Shown here: positions 1 to 10,316 of the stretch, in pieces
Layout: each line of letters begins with the position of its first letter
How positions within the stretch are numbered: the first letter of the stretch is position 1
Source: Geopsychrobacteraceae bacterium
Lineage (GTDB): Bacteria; Desulfobacterota; Desulfuromonadia; Desulfuromonadales; Geopsychrobacteraceae
Length of the DNA stretch: 64,000 nucleotides
Reading direction: 5' to 3'
Assembly (NCBI GenBank): GCA_963676795.2
Contig: CAXXTB010000002.1
Span: 1,408,001-1,472,000, forward strand
Made by a program: the position numbers and the translations under genes
Notes under the pieces: model-generated
Database searches by the model: none
Told to the model about the DNA's origin: nothing
What the model saw: only the letters and a program-made list of their open reading frames with translations

Positions 1-2
1 GT

Positions 3-452
3 CTGCTGGGGGATTTCTTTTCCCACTCCTTGTCGGTGGAGATTGTTTTTACCCAGGTCGGGGTTGTGTTTGCCGCCTTTATTGCCGGCCTGCCTCTGAT
101 CGTCAAACCGGTCAGGGCGGCTATTCAGGAGCTTGGCCGCGACCTGATCGAGGCCTCGTACATACTTGGACGCGGCCGGCTGGTCACCTTTGTTCTGGTG
201 ACCCTGCCGCTGATCAGACGCAGTATCCTGCAGGCCCTTATTCTGGGGATTGGCCGCTCACTGGGGGAGGTCGGTATCACCCTGATGCTCGGCGGCAACA
301 TCATCGGTAAGACCAATACCCTCTCCCTCGAAGTCTTTAATGCAGTCAATGACGGCGACTTCGAACGCGCCTCCGCACTCTGCCTGCTGTTGTTTCTCTT
401 CTCTCTGCTGATGTTCGCAACGTTGCGACTTTTCGGTTCCCGGACAAGATAA
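3..452 (+). CDS. modB: Molybdate ABC transporter permease, 5'-truncated by window edge
   Basis: EAA loop (LIEASYILGRGRLVTF) and RSLGEVGITLMLGGNIIGKTNTLSL motif typical of ModB; frame is open to the window start. Confidence 0.85.
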   Translation: MLGDFFSHSLSVEIVFTQVGVVFAAFIAGLPLIVKPVRAAIQELGRDLIEASYILGRGRLVTFVLVTLPLIRRSILQALILGIGRSLGEVGITLMLGGNIIGKTNTLSLEVFNAVNDGDFERASALCLLLFLFSLLMFATLRLFGSRTR

Positions 453-617
453 TCTTCTCTTGTTGTTATCTCCTTCGCTAAGTCGCTATACTGTAGCCTC
501 AGTGAATGGCTTCTTAACGAATCGCCAGCCAGTGGCCACGTCAAGCCATAGTCGAGACCACTCTTGCCTGTAGCAGTGGAATTTTACAACCTTTTACCTC
601 CTAGCCAGGACCAGTAT

Positions 618-1409
618 ATGACACCAGAACAATGTGCAGGGCTGATCAATAGGGCAAAAAAAATCGTTGTTCTGACCGGTGCCGGTATCTCGACGGCGGC
701 CGGCATCCCTGATTTTCGTGGACCTCGAGGACTGTACGTTACCCGTCAGTACGACCCGAACAAGGTTTTTGAAATCTCCGCTTTCATGCGTGAGCCTGAA
801 TATTTCTATCAGTTTACCCGCGATTTTGTCTCTGCCGTCAAGGAGATCAGGCCGACCTATACCCATTATTTTCTGACGACTCTGGAAAAATTGGGCAAGC
901 TCAGCGCAGTGGTTACCCAGAACATTGATCTTCTGCACCAGACTGCGGGGACCACGAAAGTTATTGAGGTACATGGTTCTTACGGCAGTGCCAGATGTTT
1001 GAGTTGTGGAGAAAAACTGAATAGCCTGACCTATTCATGGTGGGATCAGTTTCTTGACGAAAGTCTCTCTGCGCCGGTTGTCCGCTGCTTTAAGTGCCGG
1101 GGGCTGCTCAAGCCGGATATCGTCTTTTTCGGTGAAGCCGTCAACGATTACGAGCGAGCCGAGCAGACGATCAGTCGCTGTGATCTGCTGTTTGTCATGG
1201 GCTCTTCCCTGCAGGTTGCTCCTGCATCATATCTGCCCCATGCGACCTCGAGTGATACCATTGTCATCAACCAGGGGCGGGTCGCGCTGCAGAATGCCGG
1301 TCACAGGCACTTTGTCGACGCCGATCTGGACAGCTACCTTCAGGCTGTCGCACAGCATGTGAACGGATTCGCCGATGCCTATACCCAGGCGCCTGATAGC
1401 CATCGGTGA
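618..1409 (+). CDS. cobB: NAD-dependent protein deacylase, Sir2/CobB family
   Basis: GAGISTAAGIPDFRG, TQNID, HGS, CxxC...CxxC zinc site, KPDIVFFGE, GSSLQVAPA; start taken as ATG 618. Confidence 0.9.
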   Translation: MTPEQCAGLINRAKKIVVLTGAGISTAAGIPDFRGPRGLYVTRQYDPNKVFEISAFMREPEYFYQFTRDFVSAVKEIRPTYTHYFLTTLEKLGKLSAVVTQNIDLLHQTAGTTKVIEVHGSYGSARCLSCGEKLNSLTYSWWDQFLDESLSAPVVRCFKCRGLLKPDIVFFGEAVNDYERAEQTISRCDLLFVMGSSLQVAPASYLPHATSSDTIVINQGRVALQNAGHRHFVDADLDSYLQAVAQHVNGFADAYTQAPDSHR

Positions 1410-2088
1410 TATCCATGGGCAATCCCGGCAGCTGATTGAGTTGATTGCCCGGATTCGACCTCAGGATGACGATCTCTTTGTTTTTCTTGGCGATTATATC
1501 GACAGGGGGCCAGACTCTCCAGGGGTGATCGACCTGTTGCGCGCTTTCCAGCTGCAGTATCCCCGGAGCATTTTTCTCCGGGGGAATCATGAGCAGATGC
1601 TGATCGACGCCTATACGCAGCTCGGCCCACTGGCCAGAAACTACCGGTTTCGTTGGGATGAATTGCCGACGAACGAGGTTTCCGATGAGGTCCTGATCTA
1701 TCTGCTCAACGGTGGCAGCGCGACCCTCGATTCCTATCAGGGGCTTCCGGAGGCGGTTCGTTTTGGTGGGAATGCCATCCTTCCGGAACATTTCGATTTT
1801 TTAAATCGCACCTGTCTGTATTTTCGCTTCGATAATTATTTCTTTGTTCATGCGGGAGTCGATCCCACTGTTTCCTTCGACACTGAGGCGGCAAAGAACG
1901 TCTTCCTCTGGTCCCGGCGTGCGTTGTGGCTGAAAGATCCGGACTGGAGTCTGACCGTTGTGCATGGTCATAGTCCGGTTGCGCAACCAGAATTCAAAAA
2001 GCTGGAAGTCTGTCTCGATACCGGAGCGGGGCATGGCTACAACTTGACGGCCTGTGATCTGTATACGCGAAAAATCTGGCAGGCCTAA
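1375..2088 (+). CDS. Metallophosphoesterase, PPP/PphA-like Ser/Thr protein phosphatase
   Basis: GDIHG, GDYIDRG, RGNHE, HAG, HGH and DTG motifs. Confidence 0.88.
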   Translation: MPIPRRLIAIGDIHGQSRQLIELIARIRPQDDDLFVFLGDYIDRGPDSPGVIDLLRAFQLQYPRSIFLRGNHEQMLIDAYTQLGPLARNYRFRWDELPTNEVSDEVLIYLLNGGSATLDSYQGLPEAVRFGGNAILPEHFDFLNRTCLYFRFDNYFFVHAGVDPTVSFDTEAAKNVFLWSRRALWLKDPDWSLTVVHGHSPVAQPEFKKLEVCLDTGAGHGYNLTACDLYTRKIWQA

Positions 2089-2108
2089 GTCGGAAGGCCT
2101 GTTTTTTT
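2081..2108 (+). terminator. Possible intrinsic terminator
   Basis: aggcct-aagtcgga-aggcct hairpin followed by a T run, overlapping the stop codon. Confidence 0.4.
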
Positions 2109-2188
2109 CGGGCCTTGGCTCTACGCTTTGCGTCTCGATCTGTTATCATTTAAGCAATACCAGCCGTCTTATCGTTAAGGAGGTCGCC

Positions 2189-2686
2189 ATGACACAGGGG
2201 CATGATGATCAGGGCCGACAGGATGTCGGGCTCTATGAAAAAATCCTCAAGAGAACCGAAGAAATCCTCGAATCCGGGCGGAAAAACCTGGATGATGCGC
2301 TCAGGAAAGCAAGTGACGAACTCTCCGGCGCAGGAGAATTTACCAGGGAACAGGCGGACAGAATATCCGGTTACGTCAGGCGGGACGCTCAGAACGCCAT
2401 TGACAGTGCCTTAAAGGCCAAGGACGAGTTCAAGGGGGTTGTTGACCCGCAGCGTGTTTCGGCCGGAGCACAGAGCGTGTTTGCCAGAATGTTGCAAACG
2501 ACATCTGAGAAACTGGCGGAATGGGCAGAAAAGTCTGAGCAGAATCTCGAATACAGGACCGGCGAGGTAACCACACCAGGAACCCTCACCTGCAAGAACT
2601 GTAAGGAGGAGCTGCATATTAAAAAAACGGCAAAAATTCCACCCTGTCCCAGGTGTCATCAAACCCTGTTCCGTAAGTCTTTTTGA
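2189..2686 (+). CDS. Zinc-ribbon-containing protein (DUF1451-like)
   Basis: AGGAGG RBS before ATG 2189; C-terminal YRTGEVTTPGTLTCKNC...IPPCPRC. Confidence 0.8.
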   Translation: MTQGHDDQGRQDVGLYEKILKRTEEILESGRKNLDDALRKASDELSGAGEFTREQADRISGYVRRDAQNAIDSALKAKDEFKGVVDPQRVSAGAQSVFARMLQTTSEKLAEWAEKSEQNLEYRTGEVTTPGTLTCKNCKEELHIKKTAKIPPCPRCHQTLFRKSF

Positions 2687-2735
2687 GACCGCCTTGCGCT
2701 TTTGCAGGGAAACAGCATAGGAGCAGGATATTGCC

Positions 2736-2981
2736 ATGTCAGTGTTGAAGAGATTGTTCAGAAAGAACCAGCCAACTGAGCTTGTCGAACCACCGGAGAC
2801 TTTGCCTGGCAAAGCGGAGCGCTGCTGGTGTGGTAGCGATTTGACTTATAAGCATTGCCATCGCAGCCAGGACCGTTTGTTTCTGAAAAGACGGCGCCAG
2901 ACTGAATTGGCCAGCTTAAAGGCCCGGCAGGCCTATGAGAGTTGTGCGCTGAACCGAGGCTCCCGTGAGAAGCCACGATAG
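2736..2981 (+). CDS. Small SEC-C motif protein
   Basis: CWCGSDLTYKHCH matches the SEC-C metal-binding motif; AGGA RBS. Confidence 0.7.
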   Translation: MSVLKRLFRKNQPTELVEPPETLPGKAERCWCGSDLTYKHCHRSQDRLFLKRRRQTELASLKARQAYESCALNRGSREKPR

Positions 2982-3082
2982 TTGTTGATTGTCAGAAAGA
3001 AAATTGTCATATTGCGCCGGGGATGAAAAGCTTGCTTTTTATCCCTGTCCTTTTTTGAACGACAACTATTTTAAGGGATGTT

Positions 3083-4075
3083 ATGTCGCTTTTAACTCCG
3101 GCTATTGCCTTTCTTGCCGGGCTTGTATTGCTGGTCTGGAGCGCCGATCGTTTTGTTGATGGTGCTGCCGCAACAGCCAGACATGCGGGTGTGCCGCCAC
3201 TGCTGATCGGGATCGTTATTATCGGTTTTGGGACCTCGGCACCTGAGATGGTCGTTTCGGCGATCTCCTCCTTTCAGGGGAATCCCGGTCTGGCCCTCGG
3301 AAATGCTTACGGTTCGAATATCTCCAATATCGGACTGATCCTGGGTTTTACCGCTCTGCTTTCACCGATTCTTGTTCAGCCGGGGATTGTCCGCAGTGAA
3401 CTGCCGATCCTGTTGCTGGTGACGCTTGTTAGTGCCGGGCTGTTGAGTGATTTTCATCTGGGGCGCCTGGATGCGATCATCCTGCTGCTGCTGTTTGTCA
3501 TCGTCATGGGTTGGTGGATCCGGAGTGGTCTGCGTCAACGGAACGACAACCGGACTGAACATCTGGATAACGAAGTCCCCGCCGATCTGATGCCTTTAAA
3601 ATCGTCATTGCTCTGGTTGTCTGTCGGCCTGGTTCTGTTGGTCGTCAGTTCGCGGATCCTGGTCTGGGGGGCCGTTGAAATTGCCCGCAGCTTCGGGGTC
3701 AGCGACCTGATCATCGGACTCACCGTCGTTGCCGTCGGTACCTCCCTACCGGAGCTTGCATCCGCTGTTGCTGCAACGCGAAAAGGGGAGCACGACCTGG
3801 CGCTCGGCAATGTCCTTGGTTCCAATCTGTTCAATACCCTCGCCGTGGTCGGTATCGCCGGCATTATTCATCCTCTTGCAGTTGACAGCGCCGTCCTCTA
3901 CCGGGACTGTCTGATTATGGGGCTGATGACTCTGGTTCTGGTGCCGATTTCTCTCGGGGTTTTCGGGCCGCGGAGAATCACCCGGTTCGAAGGTCTGTTG
4001 CTGCTCTGCTGCTATCTGGCCTACAATGGTTATCTCGTTGGTCAGGTGCTTGGTCTGTTTACGACACCTGCCTGA
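3083..4075 (+). CDS. Ca2+/Na+ antiporter (YrbG family)
   Basis: Two alpha repeats (GTSAPE...GNAYGSN and GTSLPE...GNVLGSN); many TM helices. Confidence 0.9.
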   Translation: MSLLTPAIAFLAGLVLLVWSADRFVDGAAATARHAGVPPLLIGIVIIGFGTSAPEMVVSAISSFQGNPGLALGNAYGSNISNIGLILGFTALLSPILVQPGIVRSELPILLLVTLVSAGLLSDFHLGRLDAIILLLLFVIVMGWWIRSGLRQRNDNRTEHLDNEVPADLMPLKSSLLWLSVGLVLLVVSSRILVWGAVEIARSFGVSDLIIGLTVVAVGTSLPELASAVAATRKGEHDLALGNVLGSNLFNTLAVVGIAGIIHPLAVDSAVLYRDCLIMGLMTLVLVPISLGVFGPRRITRFEGLLLLCCYLAYNGYLVGQVLGLFTTPA

Positions 4076-4132
4076 AGAATTGTTTGCAATCCCCTTGACA
4101 TGGGCTTGTCTTCTGAATGATATTCTCTAAAT

Positions 4133-4606
4133 ATGAATATTGACAGAACTTTCGACGATGTCGACCATCAGATACTAACGATCCTTCAGGAGAAGGCGCG
4201 TATTCCAAACGCCGAAATTGCCCGCCAGGTCGGTATGGCTCCTTCGGCTGTTCTCGAGCGCATCAGAAAGCTGGAAGAGCGCGGGATTATTGAAGGCTAT
4301 GAGGTTCGTCTCAATCCGGATGCTTTTCACCAGGGTCTGACCGCTTTTGTTCAGGTCACCGTGGAGCATTCCTGCTACACGGATCTCGCTGCCGCCCTGA
4401 TGTCCGTATCCGGCGTCCAGGATGTTCATCAGGTTGCCGGAGAGGATGGTTACCTTTTGAAGCTGCGGGTTGCCAGCAATGCGGAACTGGGGCGGATACT
4501 GGTTGAAGAGATCGGCGCACTGCAGGGTGTTCATCAGACCCGCACGACGATTGTTCTGAATACGGTCAAGGAAACGCGAAAAATAGATTTAAGCAGAACC
4601 ATATAA
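4133..4606 (+). CDS. Lrp/AsnC family transcriptional regulator
   Basis: DDVDHQILTILQEKARIPNAEIARQVGM HTH and C-terminal RAM domain (VAGEDGYLLK). Confidence 0.92.
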   Translation: MNIDRTFDDVDHQILTILQEKARIPNAEIARQVGMAPSAVLERIRKLEERGIIEGYEVRLNPDAFHQGLTAFVQVTVEHSCYTDLAAALMSVSGVQDVHQVAGEDGYLLKLRVASNAELGRILVEEIGALQGVHQTRTTIVLNTVKETRKIDLSRTI

Positions 4607-4626
4607 CCAGATACGGAGTACAGCTC

Positions 4627-5895
4627 ATGCCTATGTCCAAAAGTTTCAAAGAACGTCTTTTCCCGATTGTTGACCAGATAGCCGAACACTATGGGACTCC
4701 ATTTCATATCTATGATGAGGCGGGGATTCTGGAGACCGGCGAGTCTCTGAAGCAGGCCTTCTCCGGGATCGAGGGGTTTAGGGAATATTATGCTGTGAAG
4801 GCCCTGCCGAACCCGAAAATCCTTGACCTGATGCAGCAGATGGGCTTCGGCTACGATTGCAGTTCGATCGCGGAACTGGTGCTCAGCCGCAATGCCGGAG
4901 GGCGCGGTGAAGACATCATGTTTACCTCGAACAACACAACAACCGAAGAATTCAACGCAGCTGCGGCTGAAGGCGGTTGTGTCCTGAACCTGGATGATAT
5001 CTCGCTGATCGAGAAGGTTCCTGAATTTCCTGAGCTGATCTGTTTCCGCTATAACCCGGGCCCACGCCGAACCGGTAATATCATTATCGGCAACCCGGTC
5101 GAGGCCAAGTACGGCGTCACCCATGAGCAGGTTGTCGAGGCCTACCGCCTGGCAAAAGAGCGCGGTGCCAAGCGTTTCGGTCTGCACACCATGGTCGCTT
5201 CGAACGAACTGGATTACACCTACATGGTAGAAACTGCGCGGATGGTTCTTTCGCTGGTTGACATGGTTGAAAAGGAACTGGGGATTCAGTTTGAATTCGT
5301 CAACATCGGTGGTGGTTTCGGTATCCCTTACAAGCCGGAGCAGGATGCTCTCAATATCCCGCAGATGGCCAGGGAAATCACCGCGTTGTTCGATGAATTC
5401 AAGGCCGAGCACGGCTATGCGCCGCGTATGTATATGGAGAGTGGTCGCTACATGACCGGTCCGCATGGTGCCCTGGTAACCACCGCGATCAATCACAAGA
5501 ATATCTACCGTGACTACGTCGGGGTCGACGCCTGCATGTCATCGTTGATGCGTCCGGCCCTGTATGGCTCATATCATCATATCGATGTCGTCGGTAAGGA
5601 GACCGCTCCCAAGGATCATGTCTATGATGTGTCAGGATCGCTGTGTGAAAACAACGACAAGTTTGCGATTCAGAGGGAATTGCCGAAGATCGAAGACGGT
5701 GACCTGCTGGTCATCCACGATACCGGTGCCCATGGCCACGCCATGGGGTTCCAGTACAATGCTCGTCTGCGCCCAAAGGAATTGATGCTGCGAGCCGATG
5801 GAACTATCGAACTGATTCGTCGCGAAGAAACCATTGAAGACTATTTCGCGACCCTGAATTTTACCGAAAACTCCTTCAAGCCGGCTTCCGCCTGA
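4627..5895 (+). CDS. lysA: Diaminopimelate decarboxylase
   Basis: YAVKA PLP lysine, NIGGGFG, ESGRY, GSLCENND, DTGAHG. Confidence 0.9.
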   Translation: MPMSKSFKERLFPIVDQIAEHYGTPFHIYDEAGILETGESLKQAFSGIEGFREYYAVKALPNPKILDLMQQMGFGYDCSSIAELVLSRNAGGRGEDIMFTSNNTTTEEFNAAAAEGGCVLNLDDISLIEKVPEFPELICFRYNPGPRRTGNIIIGNPVEAKYGVTHEQVVEAYRLAKERGAKRFGLHTMVASNELDYTYMVETARMVLSLVDMVEKELGIQFEFVNIGGGFGIPYKPEQDALNIPQMAREITALFDEFKAEHGYAPRMYMESGRYMTGPHGALVTTAINHKNIYRDYVGVDACMSSLMRPALYGSYHHIDVVGKETAPKDHVYDVSGSLCENNDKFAIQRELPKIEDGDLLVIHDTGAHGHAMGFQYNARLRPKELMLRADGTIELIRREETIEDYFATLNFTENSFKPASA

Positions 5896-5904
5896 CAGGG
5901 TATT

Positions 5905-7218
5905 TTGTTGAAGCCTCAGGTTGATCAGATTTTGCCGCCGTTGACAATTGAAACCATCGTCAATGGTGGTTCTGGCCTGGCCCGCTACGCGGGGCAGGTC
6001 GTGTTCGTTCCTCACACTGCGGTTGGTGACAGGATTGTCAGTCGTGTGACAAAAGTCAAAAAACACTTTCTCGAAGCGGAGCTGGTCGAGATTCTTGAAT
6101 CTGGACCGCAACGGATCGTGCCTCATTGTCCGGTTGCGGGAGAATGCGGAGGCTGCCAGTGGCAGCACCTGCCATATTCTGAACAGCTCAAAATCAAGGA
6201 AGGTCTTTTCAGTGATACCTTGGTCAGAAAATGTGGCGTCGATCCTGCGCTCGTAAGGGAGATCGTGTCTTCGCCTCAGCCGTGGCATTACCGGAGCAGG
6301 GTCCAGGTCAAGTGTCATCAGGCTGCAGAGAGGTTTGAGACCGGTTTTTACCGACCCAAGAGCCGTTTTGTTGTTGCTGTTGACCGCTGTCCTCTCATCG
6401 ACACGAGGCTGAATGATACCCTGTCAGTCCTGCGCCGTCTGCTCGATGGGACCTCATTTGCCCGATATATTCCGCAGATGGATCTTGCTGTCGGTGATGA
6501 TGGGGTACAATCGGTGGTTGTCCATTACCTCGGTGACGATGCTGATGGTTTACAGGCGCTGCTGCTCGGCTCGGGACTGGCCGGGCATCTTCACCTTCAG
6601 TTGGGGAGCAAGGCGTCCATGATCTCTCTCCAGGGAAATGGCCGTCTGGCTATTGAAGTTGATGAGCCTGCACTCAATTTGTGTTATGCTACGGGCTCTT
6701 TTGCTCAGATCAATCTGGAACAGAATCGTGCTCTGGTCCGGGAGGCGATGAAGCTGATCGACTGGCAGGGCGGAGAAACTGTCCTTGATCTGTACTGCGG
6801 TATGGGCAATTTCAGCCTTCCGGCAGCAAGGCGTGGCGGGACTGTTCTCGGAGTCGAAGAATCAGAGCTTTCTATCCGGATGGCCAGGGTCAACGCACAG
6901 GCGAATGGTCTGAAGAATGCGTCGTTTGTCGCTGCTCCTGCACAGGGGTATGTTGCACGACATGCCGCCGGGCCACAACCCGACATTATTTTTCTGGATC
7001 CGCCGAGGGTCGGAGCTCACGAGGTTGTCAGAGAACTGATCAATGCGTCGGCACAATGGTTGGTCTATGTCTCCTGCGATCCCCAGACTCTGGCCAGGGA
7101 TCTGAACATTCTGCTTAATAATGGCTGGCGCTTGATCAGTAGTCAGCCTTTTGATATGTTCCCGCAGACGTATCACTGCGAGAGCCTGACCCTCTTGCAA
7201 AGGGTGGCCTGTATATAA
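5905..7218 (+). CDS. rlmD: 23S rRNA (uracil-5)-methyltransferase
   Basis: TRAM domain, CPVAGECGGCQWQH Fe-S motif, LDLYCGMG, DPPR, YVSC, DMFPQTYHCE. Confidence 0.9.
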   Translation: MLKPQVDQILPPLTIETIVNGGSGLARYAGQVVFVPHTAVGDRIVSRVTKVKKHFLEAELVEILESGPQRIVPHCPVAGECGGCQWQHLPYSEQLKIKEGLFSDTLVRKCGVDPALVREIVSSPQPWHYRSRVQVKCHQAAERFETGFYRPKSRFVVAVDRCPLIDTRLNDTLSVLRRLLDGTSFARYIPQMDLAVGDDGVQSVVVHYLGDDADGLQALLLGSGLAGHLHLQLGSKASMISLQGNGRLAIEVDEPALNLCYATGSFAQINLEQNRALVREAMKLIDWQGGETVLDLYCGMGNFSLPAARRGGTVLGVEESELSIRMARVNAQANGLKNASFVAAPAQGYVARHAAGPQPDIIFLDPPRVGAHEVVRELINASAQWLVYVSCDPQTLARDLNILLNNGWRLISSQPFDMFPQTYHCESLTLLQRVACI

Positions 7219-7257
7219 TTTGTGCACACTGGTTTTTCTCTGTGTAAACTTTGTGCA
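7210..7257. promoter_or_regulatory. Two NtrC-type enhancer-like sites
   Basis: TGTATATAATTTGTGCA (7210-7226) and TGTGTAAACTTTGTGCA (7241-7257) resemble TGCAC-N7-GTGCA; starts 31 bp apart, ~105 bp upstream of a sigma54 site. Confidence 0.55.
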
Positions 7258-7361
7258 GTTGTTGAAGGCGCAGAGAAAGCTGATAAAATTTGCTCCAATA
7301 TTTCAGTGTCTATCTGTTTGAATTATTGGCAATTTTATTTTATTGTTTTGTCTGTTGACAA

Positions 7362-7377
7362 TGGCAGGGTCTTTGCT
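7362..7377 (+). promoter_or_regulatory. Sigma54 (-24/-12) promoter of glnB-glnA
   Basis: TGGCAG-GGTCT-TTGCT matches TGGCAC-N5-TTGCW. Confidence 0.8.
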
Positions 7378-7421
7378 TGTATGCACCCCTAATCATTCAG
7401 AATATACTGCCAAGCGATTGA

Positions 7422-7784
<363 letters not shown>

Positions 7785-7855
7785 TTTAAAGAATTTAAAC
7801 TTTCAGAAAACGAAACTTTTCTGAAATATTTCAATCCATAAAGGAGAAAGCAACG

Positions 7856-9265
7856 ATGACCCCAAGTGAAGTAGTAAAGTTTGCTCAGGACAACGACGTT
7901 CAGTTCGTCGACTACAAGTTTCTCGATTTCGTCGGTATCTGGCAGCATTTCACCACTCCAGTTCGCGAGTTCAGTGAAGATATTTTTGAAGAAGGTATCG
8001 GTTTCGACGGTTCTTCTATCCGCGGTTGGCAGCCAATCCACAACTCCGACATGCTGATCATTCCAGATCCTAAGACTGCTAAGATTGATCCGTTCCCAGA
8101 GATGACCACTCTGAGCCTGATCTGTAATATCATCGATCCAATCACCCGTGAAGGTTACACCCGCGACCCACGTTTTATTGCAACCAAGGCTGAAGCTTAT
8201 CTGAAAGCCAGCGGTATCGGTGACACCGCATACTTCGGTCCAGAGCCAGAGTGCTTCGTTTTTGACGATGTCCGTTACAACTCTACCGCCAACGAGTCTT
8301 TCTACAGCGTTGACTCCATCGAAGGTACCTGGAACACCGGCCGTGAAGAGTTCCCTAACCTGGGCTACAAGCCACGTCACAAGGAAGGTTACTTCCCATG
8401 TGCTCCGACCGACAGCTCTGTTGATCTGCGTAACGAGATGATGATGGTTCTGCAGCAGGTCGGTCTGCACATCGAGTGTGGTCACCACGAAGTTGCGACC
8501 GGCGGCCAGATCGAGATCGACATGCGTTTTGACTCCCTGCTGAGCATGGGTGACAACCTGCAGTGGTTCAAGTACGTCATCAAGAACGTTGCTATCCGCA
8601 ACGGCAAAACCGTCACCTTCATGCCTAAGCCAATCTACGGCGACAACGGTTCCGGTATGCACTGCCACCAGTCGATCTGGAAAGACGGCAAGAACCTGTT
8701 CGCTGGCGACGGTTACGGCGGTCTGTCCAAAACTGCTATGTACTACATCGGCGGTATCATGAAGCACGCTAAAGCCCTGTGTGCTTTCACCAACCCGACC
8801 ACCAACTCCTACAAGCGCCTTGTTCCAGGCTTTGAAGCTCCGGTCAACCTGGCTTACTCCAACCGTAACCGTTCCGCTTCCCTGCGTATTCCGGTTACCA
8901 ACAACGAAAAAGCCAAGCGCGTTGAGTACCGTACACCGGATGCTTCCGCTAACGGTTACCTGGCTTTCGCAGCTCAGCTGATGGCTGGTCTCGACGGCAT
9001 CGAGAACAAAATCGATCCAGGTCAGCCTCTGGACAAAGACATCTACGGTCTGTCCCCAGAAGAACTGAAAGACATCCCTAACGTTGCAACCTCTCTGGAA
9101 GACGCTCTGAACAACCTCGAGCAAGATCATGACTTCCTGCTCAAGGGCGATGTCTTCACCAAGGACGTTATCGACATGTGGATCAGCTACAAGCGTGAAG
9201 CTGAAGTTGACAAGGTCCGTATGCGCCCAACTCCAGTCGAATTCTCCCTGTATTTCGACTGCTAA
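7856..9265 (+). CDS. glnA: Glutamine synthetase type I
   Basis: [48 protein letters not shown]. Confidence 0.97.
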   Translation: MTPSEVVKFAQDNDVQFVDYKFLDFVGIWQHFTTPVREFSEDIFEEGIGFDGSSIRGWQPIHNSDMLIIPDPKTAKIDPFPEMTTLSLICNIIDPITREGYTRDPRFIATKAEAYLKASGIGDTAYFGPEPECFVFDDVRYNSTANESFYSVDSIEGTWNTGREEFPNLGYKPRHKEGYFPCAPTDSSVDLRNEMMMVLQQVGLHIECGHHEVATGGQIEIDMRFDSLLSMGDNLQWFKYVIKNVAIRNGKTVTFMPKPIYGDNGSGMHCHQSIWKDGKNLFAGDGYGGLSKTAMYYIGGIMKHAKALCAFTNPTTNSYKRLVPGFEAPVNLAYSNRNRSASLRIPVTNNEKAKRVEYRTPDASANGYLAFAAQLMAGLDGIENKIDPGQPLDKDIYGLSPEELKDIPNVATSLEDALNNLEQDHDFLLKGDVFTKDVIDMWISYKREAEVDKVRMRPTPVEFSLYFDC

Positions 9266-9289
9266 TTCCTTTTTGGGATTAATCAAAAC

Positions 9290-9325
9290 AAAAAAAGCCT
9301 CCGGAAGTTCCGGAGGCTTTTTTTT
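9290..9325. terminator. Bidirectional intrinsic terminator between glnA and mscS
   Basis: A-run, gcctccggaa-g-ttccggaggc hairpin, T-run, between convergent genes. Confidence 0.9.
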
Positions 9326-9344
9326 ATTGTGAAGAAAGAAATGT

Positions 9345-10151
9345 TTATGCGTTATGCATATGGATGTCCCGCTGCGGGAAAGGGATGCAGATGTCCTCGG
9401 CATCAAAGCGGGTCTTGATCGTCTCATTCAGATCGAACAGGGTTACCCAGTAATCGGCTGTTCTGACCCAGGGCCGAACCGCGAAGTTGACGCTGCTGTC
9501 GGCAAGTTCAAGGACCCCGATGGTGTAGGCCGGATCTTTGAGAACTCTCTCATCGGCGTTGAGGATCTCTTCCAGGACGGCGCGAACCTTTTTAAGGTCG
9601 TCGCTGTAGCTGACGCCGATGACCATATCGATCCGGCGCATCTCTTTTGCGGAGTAGTTGACGATTGTCCCGCCGATGATCTGGCCGTTGGGGACGATAA
9701 TCTCCTTGTTGTCGCCCGATTTCATTTTGGTACTGAAGATCTGAATCTCTTCGACAACGCCGGCAACGCCGCCGGCTTCAACGAAGTCACCGGCCTTGAA
9801 GGGGCGGAACAGGATCAGCATGACCCCCGCAGCGAAGTTGCCGAGGGTGCCTTGGAGAGCCAGGCCGATAGCCAGACCGGCGGCTGCGACGACCGCCGCA
9901 AAGGAGGTTGTGTTGACGCCGACTCTGGCGAGTGCTGCCATGATGACAAAGACCATGATGGCGATATAGACCAGGCTGCGAATGAATTTAATCAGGGTTT
10001 CATCGACTTTTGATCTGAGCATCGCCTTGCCGACACCGGCAGATACCGCTTTGGCGATGATCTTACCGACGATAAAGATGACAATCGCCCAGAGCAGGGG
10101 CAGGGCATAGGTTTGTACCAATTCAACGATCTTGTCGGCGGAAATTTCCAT
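9345..10151 (-). CDS. mscS: Small-conductance mechanosensitive channel
   Basis: AAAGLAIGLALQGTLGNFAAG, RPFKAGD, IVPNG, IPFPQRD. Confidence 0.92.
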   Translation of the reverse strand: MEISADKIVELVQTYALPLLWAIVIFIVGKIIAKAVSAGVGKAMLRSKVDETLIKFIRSLVYIAIMVFVIMAALARVGVNTTSFAAVVAAAGLAIGLALQGTLGNFAAGVMLILFRPFKAGDFVEAGGVAGVVEEIQIFSTKMKSGDNKEIIVPNGQIIGGTIVNYSAKEMRRIDMVIGVSYSDDLKKVRAVLEEILNADERVLKDPAYTIGVLELADSSVNFAVRPWVRTADYWVTLFDLNETIKTRFDAEDICIPFPQRDIHMHNA

Positions 10152-10254
10152 AATACCTCCTTGGGTTGGGTAAATCTGCGTTTCAATTTGGCTGGATCCG
10201 GCTTGCTATCGAGCATTTACGGATTCCGGATGCTTTCCTGAATACGTAATAGAC

Positions 10255-10293
10255 AAAAAAAGACCTGCCAGATGAATTATCTAGCAGGTCTTT
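10255..10293 (-). terminator. Intrinsic terminator downstream of thrC
   Basis: aaaaaaagacctgc...gcaggtcttt hairpin; T-run on the minus strand. Confidence 0.75.
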
Positions 10294-10316
10294 ATTAAAA
10301 TCAAGCGGTGCTGAGA

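Noticed and set aside
618..1409. Anti-phage Sir2 (Thoeris/DSR-type) effector
   Set aside because: It has the full CobB-type motif set with the zinc site, normal length and no defence partners.
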